Part shown: positions 10,722-22,495 of the stretch, piece after piece
Layout: every line of letters begins with the position of its first letter
Numbering within the stretch: position 1 is the stretch's first letter
NCBI GenBank assembly: GCA_001642005.1
Contig: LWCA01000318.1
Coordinates: forward strand, 1-32,610
DNA: 32,610 nt
DNA from: Intoshia linei
Taxonomy: Eukaryota > Animalia > Orthonectida
Reading direction: 5' to 3'
Made by a program: the position numbers and the translations under genes
The notes under the pieces: generated by a model
Database searches by the model: none
Seen by the model: the letters and a program-made list of their open reading frames with translations, nothing else
Told to the model about the DNA's origin: nothing

Positions 10722-12200
10722 ATGTTGATTTTTGTATTAATTTTGTTCTTAATATCAATAAATTGCGAGATTTGTCCAATTTACGGGATTTGCAAAGATG
10801 ACAATGAAAAATACATGGTTGGTGCAACAGAACCTAAAGAAATTACAAACAATAGGTTTAAAAGAAGATTTAAAGAAATTTGTCCAAATATGGGTAAAAT
10901 AATGTACATAAATCTATAATATAATGACATAACCCAGTTTTTCTAATCATTGGTAAATTCAGCATTTTTATCTAGAGGTGAAATGATTATCAGGAGGCCC
11001 AAACTGATATAATGTATTTACATTAAAATAACAATGGACGTAACCATAATCATTAGAGTAAAGTAAAATTTATGTTACGTTGTTTATTTATTTGTTCAAG
11101 ATTATTATTGTTATTATTAAGAAAGTAAGAAGCGTAGAGTTTTACGAATACCAATTTATAGTACAGTTTTTCGAGGGTGATGTTTTATTTCAAATTTCAT
11201 TTTCAGAAATTGAGTTCTTTAAGGTCAGAAACCACAAATTACCCTTTTTTTTTTTTGAAAATAACAAATCCCAGAATTTTATACAACATAAATTGTAGGA
11301 TACGTTTTAAAATTATAAATATTATCATAAATCGCACACCCAAAAAATTGCATTTTCACGATCAAAACCCAGATTACACTTTTTTTATAAATGAAAATAG
11401 TCCTATTTCTTTAATTATCGAAAGTAGTTACCGAATATATTTCATCATATTATTATTGCTGGTTTTTTCAATTTTATTTTTTACGAAATTCATATTATTT
11501 ATGATTGTACTGTTTTTACTTTATTTTTAAGAATATACACTTGTTATCTTTTATAAATTAATTATTGTAAATACTTTTATAACGTCAAGTGCGGCGCCCA
11601 CCCTATACATCAACTGGTTCTAATTTGTATAATTGAAAATAAAAATAACTGACATTTAAAAAATAAGTAACATGTTTTCTCTCCAAAACATTGGAAATAA
11701 TTAATATTTGTAATAATATAGGGACCAAAGTTTGCTGTTCTTATGAGCAATTTGAATTGATATACGACAACATGAACAAACTTGAATGGCTCTTTTACCG
11801 TTGTCCAGAAATGACTAAAAATTTCATAAATTATATTTGTAAACTGACATGTGATCCTAACATGGGTAAGTATCTAATTGTTACCAAAACAGAAAAAAAA
11901 TGTGTAAAAAGTGTTACATTGGAAATAAAGAAAGCCGATGCAATTAATTTTCACAAATCAATAAAAGATATCAATTTTATGTTCAACAACAAAGTTTTTT
12001 CATATTTGGTAGATACAAGAACCGATATTGACAAGGCATACCATGATGTACCTTATTTTTTCAAACACATGGGTTTACTAGAAAAAAATCCTTTCATGTA
12101 TGTTTCTTTATTAATGCATCGAAATGATTCAATGAAATTTATATCAAAACCATGCAAAGGAATGTGCAATTGTAATAATTGTAAAGATTCGTGTGTGTGA
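10722..12200 (+). CDS. Secreted stand-alone NPC1 N-terminal (sterol-binding) domain protein, 216 aa, 2 exons
   Basis: Exons 10722-10893 and 11722-12200 join in phase 1 (ATG G|GT...AG|GG ACC). Hydrophobic signal peptide MLIFVLILFLISINC, then NPC1-NTD motifs CPIYGIC, EICP, CCSYEQ, RCP, ICKLTCDP and terminal CNCNNCKDSC, followed by V and a stop. Confidence 0.85.
11180..11400 (+). repeat. Dispersed repeat family B (core TTTCAGAAATTGAGTT...AAAACCACAAATTACCCTTTTT)
   Basis: Related copies at ~13610-13680 (+), ~23290-23340 (+), ~29045-29215 (+), ~6865-6920 (-) and ~23950-24020 (-). Element boundaries are not resolved. Confidence 0.7.
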
Positions 12201-12210
12201 TTTATGTAAA

Positions 12211-12223
12211 AATAAATTTTATT
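12211..12223. terminator. Back-to-back polyadenylation signals for the NPC1-NTD gene (+) and TOR (-)
   Basis: AATAAA (12211-12216, +) and TTTATT (12218-12223, AATAAA on -) sit in the 64-nt gap between the two stop codons. Such hexamers are common by chance in AT-rich DNA. Confidence 0.45.
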
Positions 12224-12264
12224 ATAATACAGGATGTGGTGATATTTCTTTAAGTCTTTTATGT

Positions 12265-15200
12265 TTACCAAAACGGGCACCTAAATTTATGATATAAACA
12301 TTTTATCAATTTAATACCATCCAATATAACATTGGCATATATTTCTATGTGAGCTGGCTTCTTTTACCAAAAATTCCACTTGTTTGGATATACTTAACTG
12401 TTCACCAAAATCGCAACCTAAATTTCATGTAAAATATATTTTTTTGAAATTTTAAATACCTCTCAATTTATCGCGAACTCTTTTAATTATAACCATTGAC
12501 ACTTTATTCATCACTCCTTGTACATTGTTTTCTTCATCTGATGAATCTAAGAAAATAATGATTTAAATTAATTTATAAATCAATGTAATTATAATATACA
12601 CAATTATCAGAAAAGAATTGAAAAAAATTTCGCAATATTTACGAGGGAAATATGATCTTCGATAATTCTGTTAAAATTGATGTTATGTAATAATTTTTTA
12701 TTTTAATCAAAATTAAATTATTATATTATTAAATATTTGATATTATATTCGCATTCAAATTTTTTATACAAGTGGGTCCCCCGTTATATTATTTTTAGAA
12801 AAATTCAGAATATTCATTACTATTTATAAAGTTTTATTAATCCTGTATAGCAGCGTTACCCAAATGCCTGTTTGACAATTTTTTATTAATTAAAGGTCAA
12901 TTTATTACTTTTTTATCAATTTTTTTTCATGTTGCCGAATAATTTTGCTTTAATGGTCCGCGATAAATTTTATAATTTATTGCCGGCCCGTCGTGAAAAA
13001 AGTGCGGGAACCCCTGCTGTATAGTATACAACATTAATATAAAGCATACCCGTGTTTCTCAATATTCTGACTTTTGTCTGTTTGTGAGTTATCGTTTATT
13101 TCAATAACTAAGAGTCTTAGAATTTTAACAATTTCACATTTCTATAATAGTTTTTTCCGGGTGAAAGTTAGATAAATTTCAATCTCAGAAACTAAGCTAT
13201 AACTACAAAGTAATAAAAACAGCCTACATTTATCAAATACTCATCTACCGAGTATGATTAAATCTCCTGTGATTCACAACTGACTATACCTTTAGTCCTA
13301 ATTTCCAAATAATCTTACAAAAATTAACAAAAAAATTATATAGTGGGTTTTTAGGTAAAATTTTTTACCATAATTTCAAGGTGATTATTTTAACCATATT
13401 TTTAAGAACTTTTATAGGGATTTTTTTACTATATTTTCTAAAGAGTTTTTACAGGAAATTGTTTTGTACCAAACTTCCAGTTTAGGAACAAACCAAATTA
13501 AGGAGGGTTCCAGTTTTTTAATTTTGTGTCTTCCATCGTATTTACGAAAGTAAGATGTGTAGAGTTTTAAAAACATCAATATCTAAAGTAGTTTTTCAAT
13601 GATTAGATTTTACTGCAAATCTGATTTCAAAAATTGAGTTTTTTCAGAGTAAAAACCCCAAATTCCCCATCTTATTTTTAAATATAAAACAACACCTATA
13701 ATTAGCACTGGTTTCCAAAGTAGGTGATATCACCATACAGAAGGGCGATTGAAAAAAATCTAACGATATTCATATAAGGGATAAATCCAGTTTTACCAAC
13801 CCTTAAGGGAAAAATCCAGTTTTATCAAATTGCAGAGTATTCTATAAAAACGCAGTACCACAAACAAAACAAAGTGAAGTTCTTAAATAGAAGGATTATC
13901 CATAAACAGATGTTATAATCGCTTTAATACTTACTTAAACTGATGATGAAACAAATAAATCTTTTTATAACAAAATTAAAATTTTTTAATTTAATTAGAT
14001 TTTTAGTCTTTGAAATATTTTATATTTGCTATATCATGTTTTTAGTGGTCTTCTTCGCTTCCTCAGTATTTTCAACGGCAAATAAATTACATACAATATA
14101 ATTTTTTTCACGAAATGACATCGAAAACATGGTTTCATTGTTTTTCTTAGAAAAGATTTTGCAGCTGCACTTAATCAATTTCAGAGTTGGTAAAAGTGGA
14201 ATTTTAGTAAAAATGGTTAGATTTAAAATATTCTCTTTGAGAATTATTACATTATTTATGAGGTTGAATTTACATAATTATTAAATTAAATTGTTAGTAA
14301 TTTAATTATGTTAGAATAAATTAATTTTAATCTTAAAATTTCTAGGAACCAATTATTTTAGGGAGCGTTAACAGAATATGTGACTGAAAAGTTGGCAGTA
14401 GACAAAATAATTGATGTTTGGGAATCATTTGTAGAGATATAAATAAACGTATTGAAAAATATAAATTACTGTGAACATTCTGCCAATTAAACAATGGGTC
14501 ATAAACAAAAGCTTCCAAAACAGCCAAAATGGATTCATTATTAGTTCGTAAAACTAAACAAATAAATATTTTTGATAAATAAAATATAACCTTTTAAAAC
14601 TCTTTCACACGTAAGTATATATGTCCCATTAATACCGGTTACCTAAATGTTTAAATAAAATATTTAAATATAATACAAAACTGTAAACCTCCATAGCTCT
14701 AACAAACATGCGAGTTAAACGAAAAGGAATTTTCTCAGGGTATTTTTCTCTGTGCATAGCTACTTCAAAACAATCCCCAAAATCAATATGAACAATTTTA
14801 CCACTTTTTCGATTTATCATAATATTAGAAGGATGCCTATAAAATAATTTAAATAATTTACGAAACAAAATAAAACCTGTCTCCTAGTCCTAAAATATAT
14901 CCAACCATAGACATTGTAGCCAGTGACGTTGTATAAACTCTTCTATTTTCAAACCACGTCTAAAATAGTCACATTAATATCAACACGCAAAATATACTTT
15001 ACCTGTGCATCAACACTTCTGTTAAACATAATTTTGGCCAAATCATTACCACCGACATTAGAAAGTACAATTTCAAAGGCGTAAACTTTTTGAATTAAAG
15101 TAAGTTGGTCATAATCATGAGTAATTTGTAATAAAATTCGATGTTCAATGTCGATTAAAACACTATTTTTAATTCTGTATTCTTTAATGAGACTATGAAT

Positions 15201-18200
15201 AGTATCACAGTCATGTATCCATCCGATTAAACCAAAATTTGGTGACAATGGAATAGAATCATAACGTTCAATAGATAACCCAGTTCGAGCCGTATCTAAA
15301 TTTGAAGCTAGAAAAGAGTTGATGAGTTTAAAAAGTTGCATAATTCTTTCATCTTGTCTGATATCTTCATTTCCTTTCAATAGAAAAGAATAATCCTTTC
15401 CATCAGAACCCAACATGCAAATTTTTCTAGGTCTTTGTTTAGAATTAATGATACTTATATCATTGTAAATTTTGCATATTCTGACAATTTTATTTGAAGA
15501 ATTATATGTCCCGGGAACCGCCAAATCCATTTCTTTAATTTTAGCCAAGAGCGGTGAAACATGAGTTAATTTAAGATATGTAATTCGTTTAAATTGATTA
15601 GTTAATTTTTTTATAATTTTAATGTAATTATTATAATGATTATCATCAAAAAGGGAATTTTGAGAACTTTTGTAAATAAGGTACGCTTCTCTCAACGGAT
15701 TTGCATAAATTTCTTGTAAATCAGATTCATTGCGGGTTTCAGGTTTTTGAGAGATGATGGAATTTAATTCAGACAAAACTTTAGTTATTTTACCCTGATT
15801 AGATTTATCATTAGAAATTCTAGAAATTTCATCAAATTTAGCACTAATCTGTTCGTGCCACAAATTGGCAATACGTACAAGTTCTCGGCTAATCATAATA
15901 GCCTCAGTAACAATTTTATTATGATCTCGTTTTAAACAATGAATTAAGTTGTCTGCAGCGGCCAACCTCAATTTATTTTCACTCTTGGTGGCCACGACTA
16001 AAGAATAAATTATAGCCTGTGGGTGAAGTTTACCAATATTTAAAAGGGTTTGCATTATAAGTTGATTAACATATGTCCTTTCCGTACCTATTCGAGCAAT
16101 CAATTGGGGAATAACTTGCAACCAATTTTCAACATGCATTGCCTGAATCCCTTCGCACAGTTCCTTATAAACTATAGGTGTGTTTCCGAAATCGAACCAT
16201 AAAGTTAAAATTCGTAATGTATCTTGAAGAGCATTGTTTGAATCTATTCGAATAGCACAAAAAAAATTTCGTAAAGCTGAAATACAATACGCTAAAATGT
16301 CTTTATAATGTTGTGATTTTTCGTCATCATTTTCAGATTCAATTGTATCTCTACGTATATAATTGTCATTATCCTCTTTTGATACATTTTTCAATTGTTC
16401 GAGATGAATATCAGTTGAAAGGGCATATTTTGAATTGGAATTAACTAAAACGTGTTTATGTAATAAACCGAGTGCAGTAGAGTAATAAATGCTTGCCAAT
16501 TTACTCAATGTTTCGTAACTATCAAAATCACATCGGGATGCCTCTTCATAATATTTAATTACATTCAAAGGTTCTTCAGGTCTCAAACTCCATTTCCAAC
16601 TGGATAACAAAATACAAGCTTTGCTTCTCAACTTTGGGGATATTTGAATTTTCATATCGCCTTCAGAGTTTAAGGGATTAGCAAATTCTGGATCAGCTGG
16701 AGGAAGATTTAAACGATTTTCAAAAATGCTAATAGTTTCAATTAAAAATAATTCCATAGATTTGATGGCTTCTTCACAACAATCTTGACTCCATAAGACT
16801 TTAATTGACTCCATTGTTAATCGGACATTTTCGTTTCTAATAAATTCGCGATTAATTTGAGTTAATTTAGTATTTTTCATTGATTCAAGAATTGTACTAG
16901 CCAAATTAAAGCGACCTTCCAGTTGACACAATTCAGAAAAATCTAATATCGAGTCTAAGTTTTTTTCGCTAGAATGTGAATCTTTTCGATATTCCAAAAT
17001 TTTATTCCACACAATCATGTTTTTTTCAGCTTCTTTAAGACGAGCGTCCCATTTTCTTTTAATTTGGTTAGATCTATACGTATCTTTTACTTCACCTAAT
17101 TCTATACATTCCTCCAATTCCACAATTACCTGTAGATTGATAATATCCGTGTAAATTCTTGTATAATTATCAACATATTTACCGACAACTCGAGGGTAAA
17201 TAATGTCTCTACATTGTTCAATATGTTGACTAGATTTAATGTAATCTAATTTTAATGCAAAAATAAAAGCGCTAAAAAAATGATAATCAAAAGTATTGGG
17301 AATTACATATTTTAAATATTCAGACATGAGGTAATAATTATCCCTTTTCCAAGAACCAAGTGTGACTAAATATGCAATTTCTGATTCAACACTAGAATTT
17401 GGTTTTACCCAATTATCAGCCATATATAATAAATCATCCCATTTTCCCAATGATTTTGCACAACGCATTTGACCGTGTATGCATTCCTGTATATGTTTTG
17501 CTATAATGGTATTATCTTCCAAAGATTCATTTATTGACCTGGTCATCTCTACTAAATATCCGTCCGTTAATTTCATATATTTATTTAATGCTAAAGTCCA
17601 AACTTCTAATTTTTCATACCAATAAACAGGTATTTCTATATTACTACAATATTGAGCATAATACAATGCACCTCTAGCAGCATCACGATTTTGAAGAGAC
17701 ATATTAATATCAATTATTTGAATTAAAAGACTTTGAGTTGGTTGTACTCTAAACATTTCTTCAAGATGATATAAAGCCTGAGAGGTGAAAGAAACAACCT
17801 CGCAGCTTTTAGCGCACAAAAAATGTTTTATTGGTAGAGGACCATACTTAGTACGATTAAAGAATTGTACCAAATTCAAAATATCTCTAATAAAATCTTT
17901 ATTGTCAGATGTAGCCAAAATTTTCTCTAAAATTGAAACAACTTTTCTTTTGTTATCATCATTATATTCCAACCAATTTGTTAAAAATGAAATGTGAAAA
18001 AGACGCTTAGCTATTCTAGAAACATTACTTGAAACGTGCATACAAGCTTTAATAGCGGTAGAAGAACTAGTAATAATAAGTCCAACATACAAAGAATTGA
18101 ACCAATTTTCCCATTCTGAAGTATGAGTAAAATTAGGTAAATACCAAAAATCATCCAATTGTTCATTTCTCACATATTCTACATCTTCAGGTGGTTTATC

Positions 18201-21200
18201 TGGTGAAATTTGAATAGGTTCTTCTTCCAAGACTAGCTTTTCCGCTCCAACTTTAAAATTCATAGGTTGATAAACAAAAATCAAATGATATTCAAATTCC
18301 ACGATATCAATACGATTTCTAACAAGACAAGATTCAATAATGGGGATAAAAATTTTAAAATTTTTATTAGTTAATTTCATTGTAGCATACAAAAGAGATA
18401 AAGTCAAATTTTTGACATGATTATCATCAACTTGATTCAAAATAAAAATAATAACATGAACATATATAACAATATACTGTTTAATAAAAGTATGTTTCAG
18501 AAATACCTTTAAAGTAATAATAGCAGTTTCTCTAAGATTAATTGTAGAATTTTGATCATATATCAAATCAGTCACAGTTGTAACAACAAACTGAAAAAAA
18601 TAACCAAGTTCATTGTAAAAATTTCGCAACATTAATAATGCTTGACACGTAACGGTTCTGTTTTCACTTTCATCAAACTTGAAAAGTTTCATTAAAAAAG
18701 GCATAACATGGTGTACATATGAACTAAACATTGTTTTTAAGGCAAATCCAATTTCTTTAATTAAATCAATAATTGAATTTCTCATATTTGGTTTTAAATT
18801 CCAAAATTTTTTAATTTGGATAAATATGGGATCAACATAATCTGCAATTTTTGATCCAACAACTTTTATAATACTAGCCAAGTTAATGATAACAAATTGA
18901 GCATTTAAATCATTTAATTTATCTATTCTACCTAAAATAGCTTTCATTAAATAAGGGAGATATTTATCCAAATATTTTGATCTATAACAAATGATATTTT
19001 TGATGGATAAAAAACAACTAGAAGTTTCTGAAACTAAATTTTCATTAGAAAAAATATTTAAAAGTTGATAAAAACAAACATGAGTAGAATATTCCTCCAA
19101 ATTGTCATATTCATAAGTACAATCTAGTTTAAGTGATTCAAAACTTAAATTACTTTTCGATAAAGATGCCACAGTTTCAAAAGATGAAATATTCATACTT
19201 TCAACTAATTCGAAATCACTATCACTTTCTGTAACTTGATTATTAGGTAAAAATGTTATTTTAACATCATCTACCTTTTTTACATGACTAGTAAAAACTT
19301 TTGGGTCTATTGCACCAATACAACCAATAATTCTAAGAATCATTCTTTTACAATAAGTTGAAACATTTGCCATTAAAATTTCATCAAGTAAAATTAAAAT
19401 TTGAGGAAATTCCTTCAAAATATACATGTCACAATCTGTAAATTCGACAAATTGATTTAAAGTCCAAAGATTTATTTGTATTATAGAATCAGAATTTGAA
19501 TTTTGTAAATTATCATATAACAAATGTAAAACTTTTTTACGTTTTTCAAAAAATTTTTCTGGAATAATTTCAACCAAATTACCTAAAGAAGCAAGTAAAT
19601 GTCGTTTTGAAAGACAATTTGGAGATTTGATTAAACGATTAACAATAACAGATACCATAATTGATGCGTACGGAATTATAAACGTGGGGACTAAAAATGT
19701 TACATGCGTCAATAATTTAACAGTTTCAATTTTTGAATGAATTAAACCGGTCGACATAAAATGTCGAATAGATTCAGTTACCACCCCGGTTAAAGTTGAA
19801 ATTATTATAGTTCGATTTATAGTGATTAAGTGGCCAATTAAACATAAAGCCACTTCTCTAACTTCAAATACCGTGTCATATAAAGAAAATTTGAAAAGAT
19901 CTACATATTCTTGATATGCAATGTAGTGATAAATTATAGGGTCGATTAAGGTACAGTATGAATAGTGACGAATTTTCCAATCTGAGTCTGTTATAGCTAC
20001 TTGTATCATTCCTTTTACGACGTTATCAATGACTGGGATATTATAAATTGCACCATAATCACCCAAAAGTGAATTTATAAGAGGTATAATCAAAACTTTA
20101 CAAGTTTTCATTGTTTTAATGCGGATGTTTCTGTTTGTATGTACAAGATAATGAGAATAACATTTTTTTAGGTGGGGTAGAGTTTTTGAAGAATCAAAAT
20201 TAAACTTGATCAAAATGTCTAAAGCAGTTTCAATATTTTTTTCATTGTTGACGTTGTATTTTTTTAAATTAACCTTAAATTGTTCCAAAGAACTCATTTC
20301 ATTTTGGAAAGTGAAATTTGTTTTGGGCGTACAACTGTTACCTAATATTACTACATTACTGCTACTTTCACTTAGTTTGCTACTTCTTGATATGTTAGAG
20401 TCAAAAGAATAAGCAATTTTTTTAGTTTTGTTTCTGATTGTATTTGAACCTTCATGGTTTATATTATCGATATTAGTTTTTTCTCTGTCAACACCATTTG
20501 CTACGTCAGGTCTTCTAGATAAATTCATTCCAAATTTATCAACTTCAAAATCTGGTTTATGAACTGTTTGGATTTTTTCGCAAAAAGGTTCCATTTCATT
20601 CTTGTAAACTGAATCATCACATGAATCTTCTCGAATGTCTACATCTTCTTCATAATCATATTCAAAATCATCATTTTCGTCTGATTCTTCACTTTTAATC
20701 GATTCACTGACACACATTTCATCGTCAAAAGTTTCACAAGCCAAAATAGTATAAGAAATTAATAAAAGTTTTGTTTCAATTGATTCACATATTTTTGGCG
20801 AAGCAGATATATAAATTTCATGAATAGCCTCAAGTAAAGTTGGTCCGATACTACACGTATCAAGAATTCCGTCAACAATAGAAATTAATAGTTTTTCATC
20901 CCTAATTACAAATTTTGAGAAAATAAGACTTAAGTATATTTCATACCATATTCCATGTGCAAATGTGGTTTTATTCTGAACTTTTGATGGTTTATTTGTA
21001 AATTCAAACACTTTTTTAACATATAGATGTGGTAAATGTTTTCCAAGGTTTTTACAATACAATCCCAAATAAACTAATGCTTCACCGTGACCTTTATTAA
21101 ACCCATCCAAGTACAATTGGAATATTTTTTCAACATAAATTTTTGATAATTCAACATCAAAAACTATTAAAGCCGGGAATAACATTAAAAGTTCTCTCAT

Positions 21201-22298
21201 GATTGTCCAATTTTTTGTCTTGGTATAATGAATCAAAAGTCTCCAAATTGAAACAATATCATCCTGCAAAGCCGCAAAAGCAAGTTCACTCTGTTCAATA
21301 TCAAAATCAGTAAATTCGTGGTGACTTTGTGGATTATGGGTATATCCAATCGGATGGTGTCTATTATGAATTAATTGACTTTTTGAAGACACATTTTCAT
21401 TTATAAAATTGTTATGCTTATTTAAAGAAAACTTATAATTATAATTTTTATATTGTATGCATTTTTCAATATGTGAGCATTCATTTGTATATGATTTGTG
21501 AGCTACAACTAAAAATCGTTTCAAAATATATACTGATTTTAAAATCCATTCGTCTTCTAATATTGTTGGTAAAGATTTTTGGGTGGGTAACGGTTTTTGA
21601 ATTTCCAATAAAATGGCATTATAAAGTGGTGTAACATCACAGGTTTTTTCAAAGTGAGAAGTAATACGCAAAGCACTTTCCAATGCAGTTAAACAAGTCT
21701 CCAATAAATTTTCTTTAGAATATTTCATCGCTTTTAAAATATACTTGTAATAATCCTTAATTTTTTCAATAAAAATGTAAGGACATGCAATAATGACTTG
21801 ACGAATAACTTTGATTCCAAAAATGTACTTGTGTTGACTACTACTGATAATCCAATTTAAAACTAAAGTAAGGATACGTAATTCAAATAATGTCTTGTTC
21901 ATGGAAGAAATTACTCCTATCGCGTATGCAATTATATTCATCAAATATTCATCTGTAGAATTCATACAACTTTGGATTATATTTATAAAATAGTATATTG
22001 ACCCACTACTATAACATTCAATGTCAATTTGTAGTAACATTAAGACTACATCTATTGCCAATATTTTATTTTCCACAATATCATTTAAAACCATTTTTTT
22101 TAATTTTGAATTAAATTTTTCTACAATTTGTATTTGTAAACTATTATCCAAGTATATTAATTCGTGCATTATATAACTAGATAATTTTTGCAAATTATTA
22201 TTTACAATTTCCTTGTTTGAACATTGTATATTTGTCATCATTTCATTAATCATTTCCAAATGATTTTCTATTGCATAGTCTATCACTATTTTATCCAT
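12265..22298 (-). CDS. MTOR: Serine/threonine kinase TOR (PIKK family: HEAT, FAT, FRB, kinase, FATC), ~2621 aa or slightly longer
   Basis: Exons 22298-15003, 14959-14877, 14836-14689, 14642-14591, 14553-14470, 12546-12460, 12417-12318, 12280-12265, all phase-consistent. Motifs [82 protein letters not shown] and the FATC end CQCYIGWCPFW*. Small extra exons within 12547-14469 cannot be excluded. Confidence 0.97.
12851..13016. mobile_element. 166-bp hAT (Buster-type) MITE within a TOR intron
   Basis: Perfect 8-bp TSD CTGTATAG (12843-12850 and 13017-13024, nnnTAnnn). Imperfect TIRs CAGCGTTACCCAAA and (reverse-complement) CAGGGGTTCCCGCA. Subterminal GGTCCGCG / GGCCCG motifs. Confidence 0.88.
13775..13830 (-). 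repeat. Two units of the 29-bp minisatellite, inverted relative to 5125-5470
   Basis: Reverse complement reads ...AAAACTGGATTTTTCCCTTAAGGGTTGGTAAAACTGGATTTATCCCCTTA. Confidence 0.75.
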
Positions 22299-22379
22299 TT
22301 TTTTTTAATTGAAAAGTGTAGTCAATGTTTTGAGATTAAGAATTTACTAAAATTAAAATATACATTAAAATTTTACACA

Positions 22380-22495
22380 TTATACGACTAACCCATAGAA
22401 TGTGTACAATGTACATTCTACGACTTGTCCATTAAATGTATATATTCTACAACTTGCCCGTGGAATGTGTTGTACATTTGTATACATTCTATGCA
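22380..22495. repeat. Degenerate ~30-bp tandem repeat just upstream of the TOR start codon
   Basis: About three units: TACGACTAACCCATAGAATGTG, TTCTACGACTTGTCCATTAAATGTA and TTCTACAACTTGCCCGTGGAATGTG. Confidence 0.65.

Noticed and set aside
11080-11530. ORFs 11080-11298 and 11177-11530
   Set aside because: They are F/I/L/K-biased, lie within the NPC1-NTD intron and overlap repeat family B; likely spurious.
14949-15002. TOR truncated at the stop ending the 2449-aa ORF (kinase-dead TOR)
   Set aside because: The ORF tail is read-through into a 43-nt intron. Downstream exons supply the catalytic loop, DFG motif and FATC.
17785-20412. Short antisense or alternative-frame ORFs (17785-17997, 20206-20412; also 3870-4061, 12053-12280, 25355-25594)
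   Set aside because: They are shadows of real coding regions with no independent motifs.
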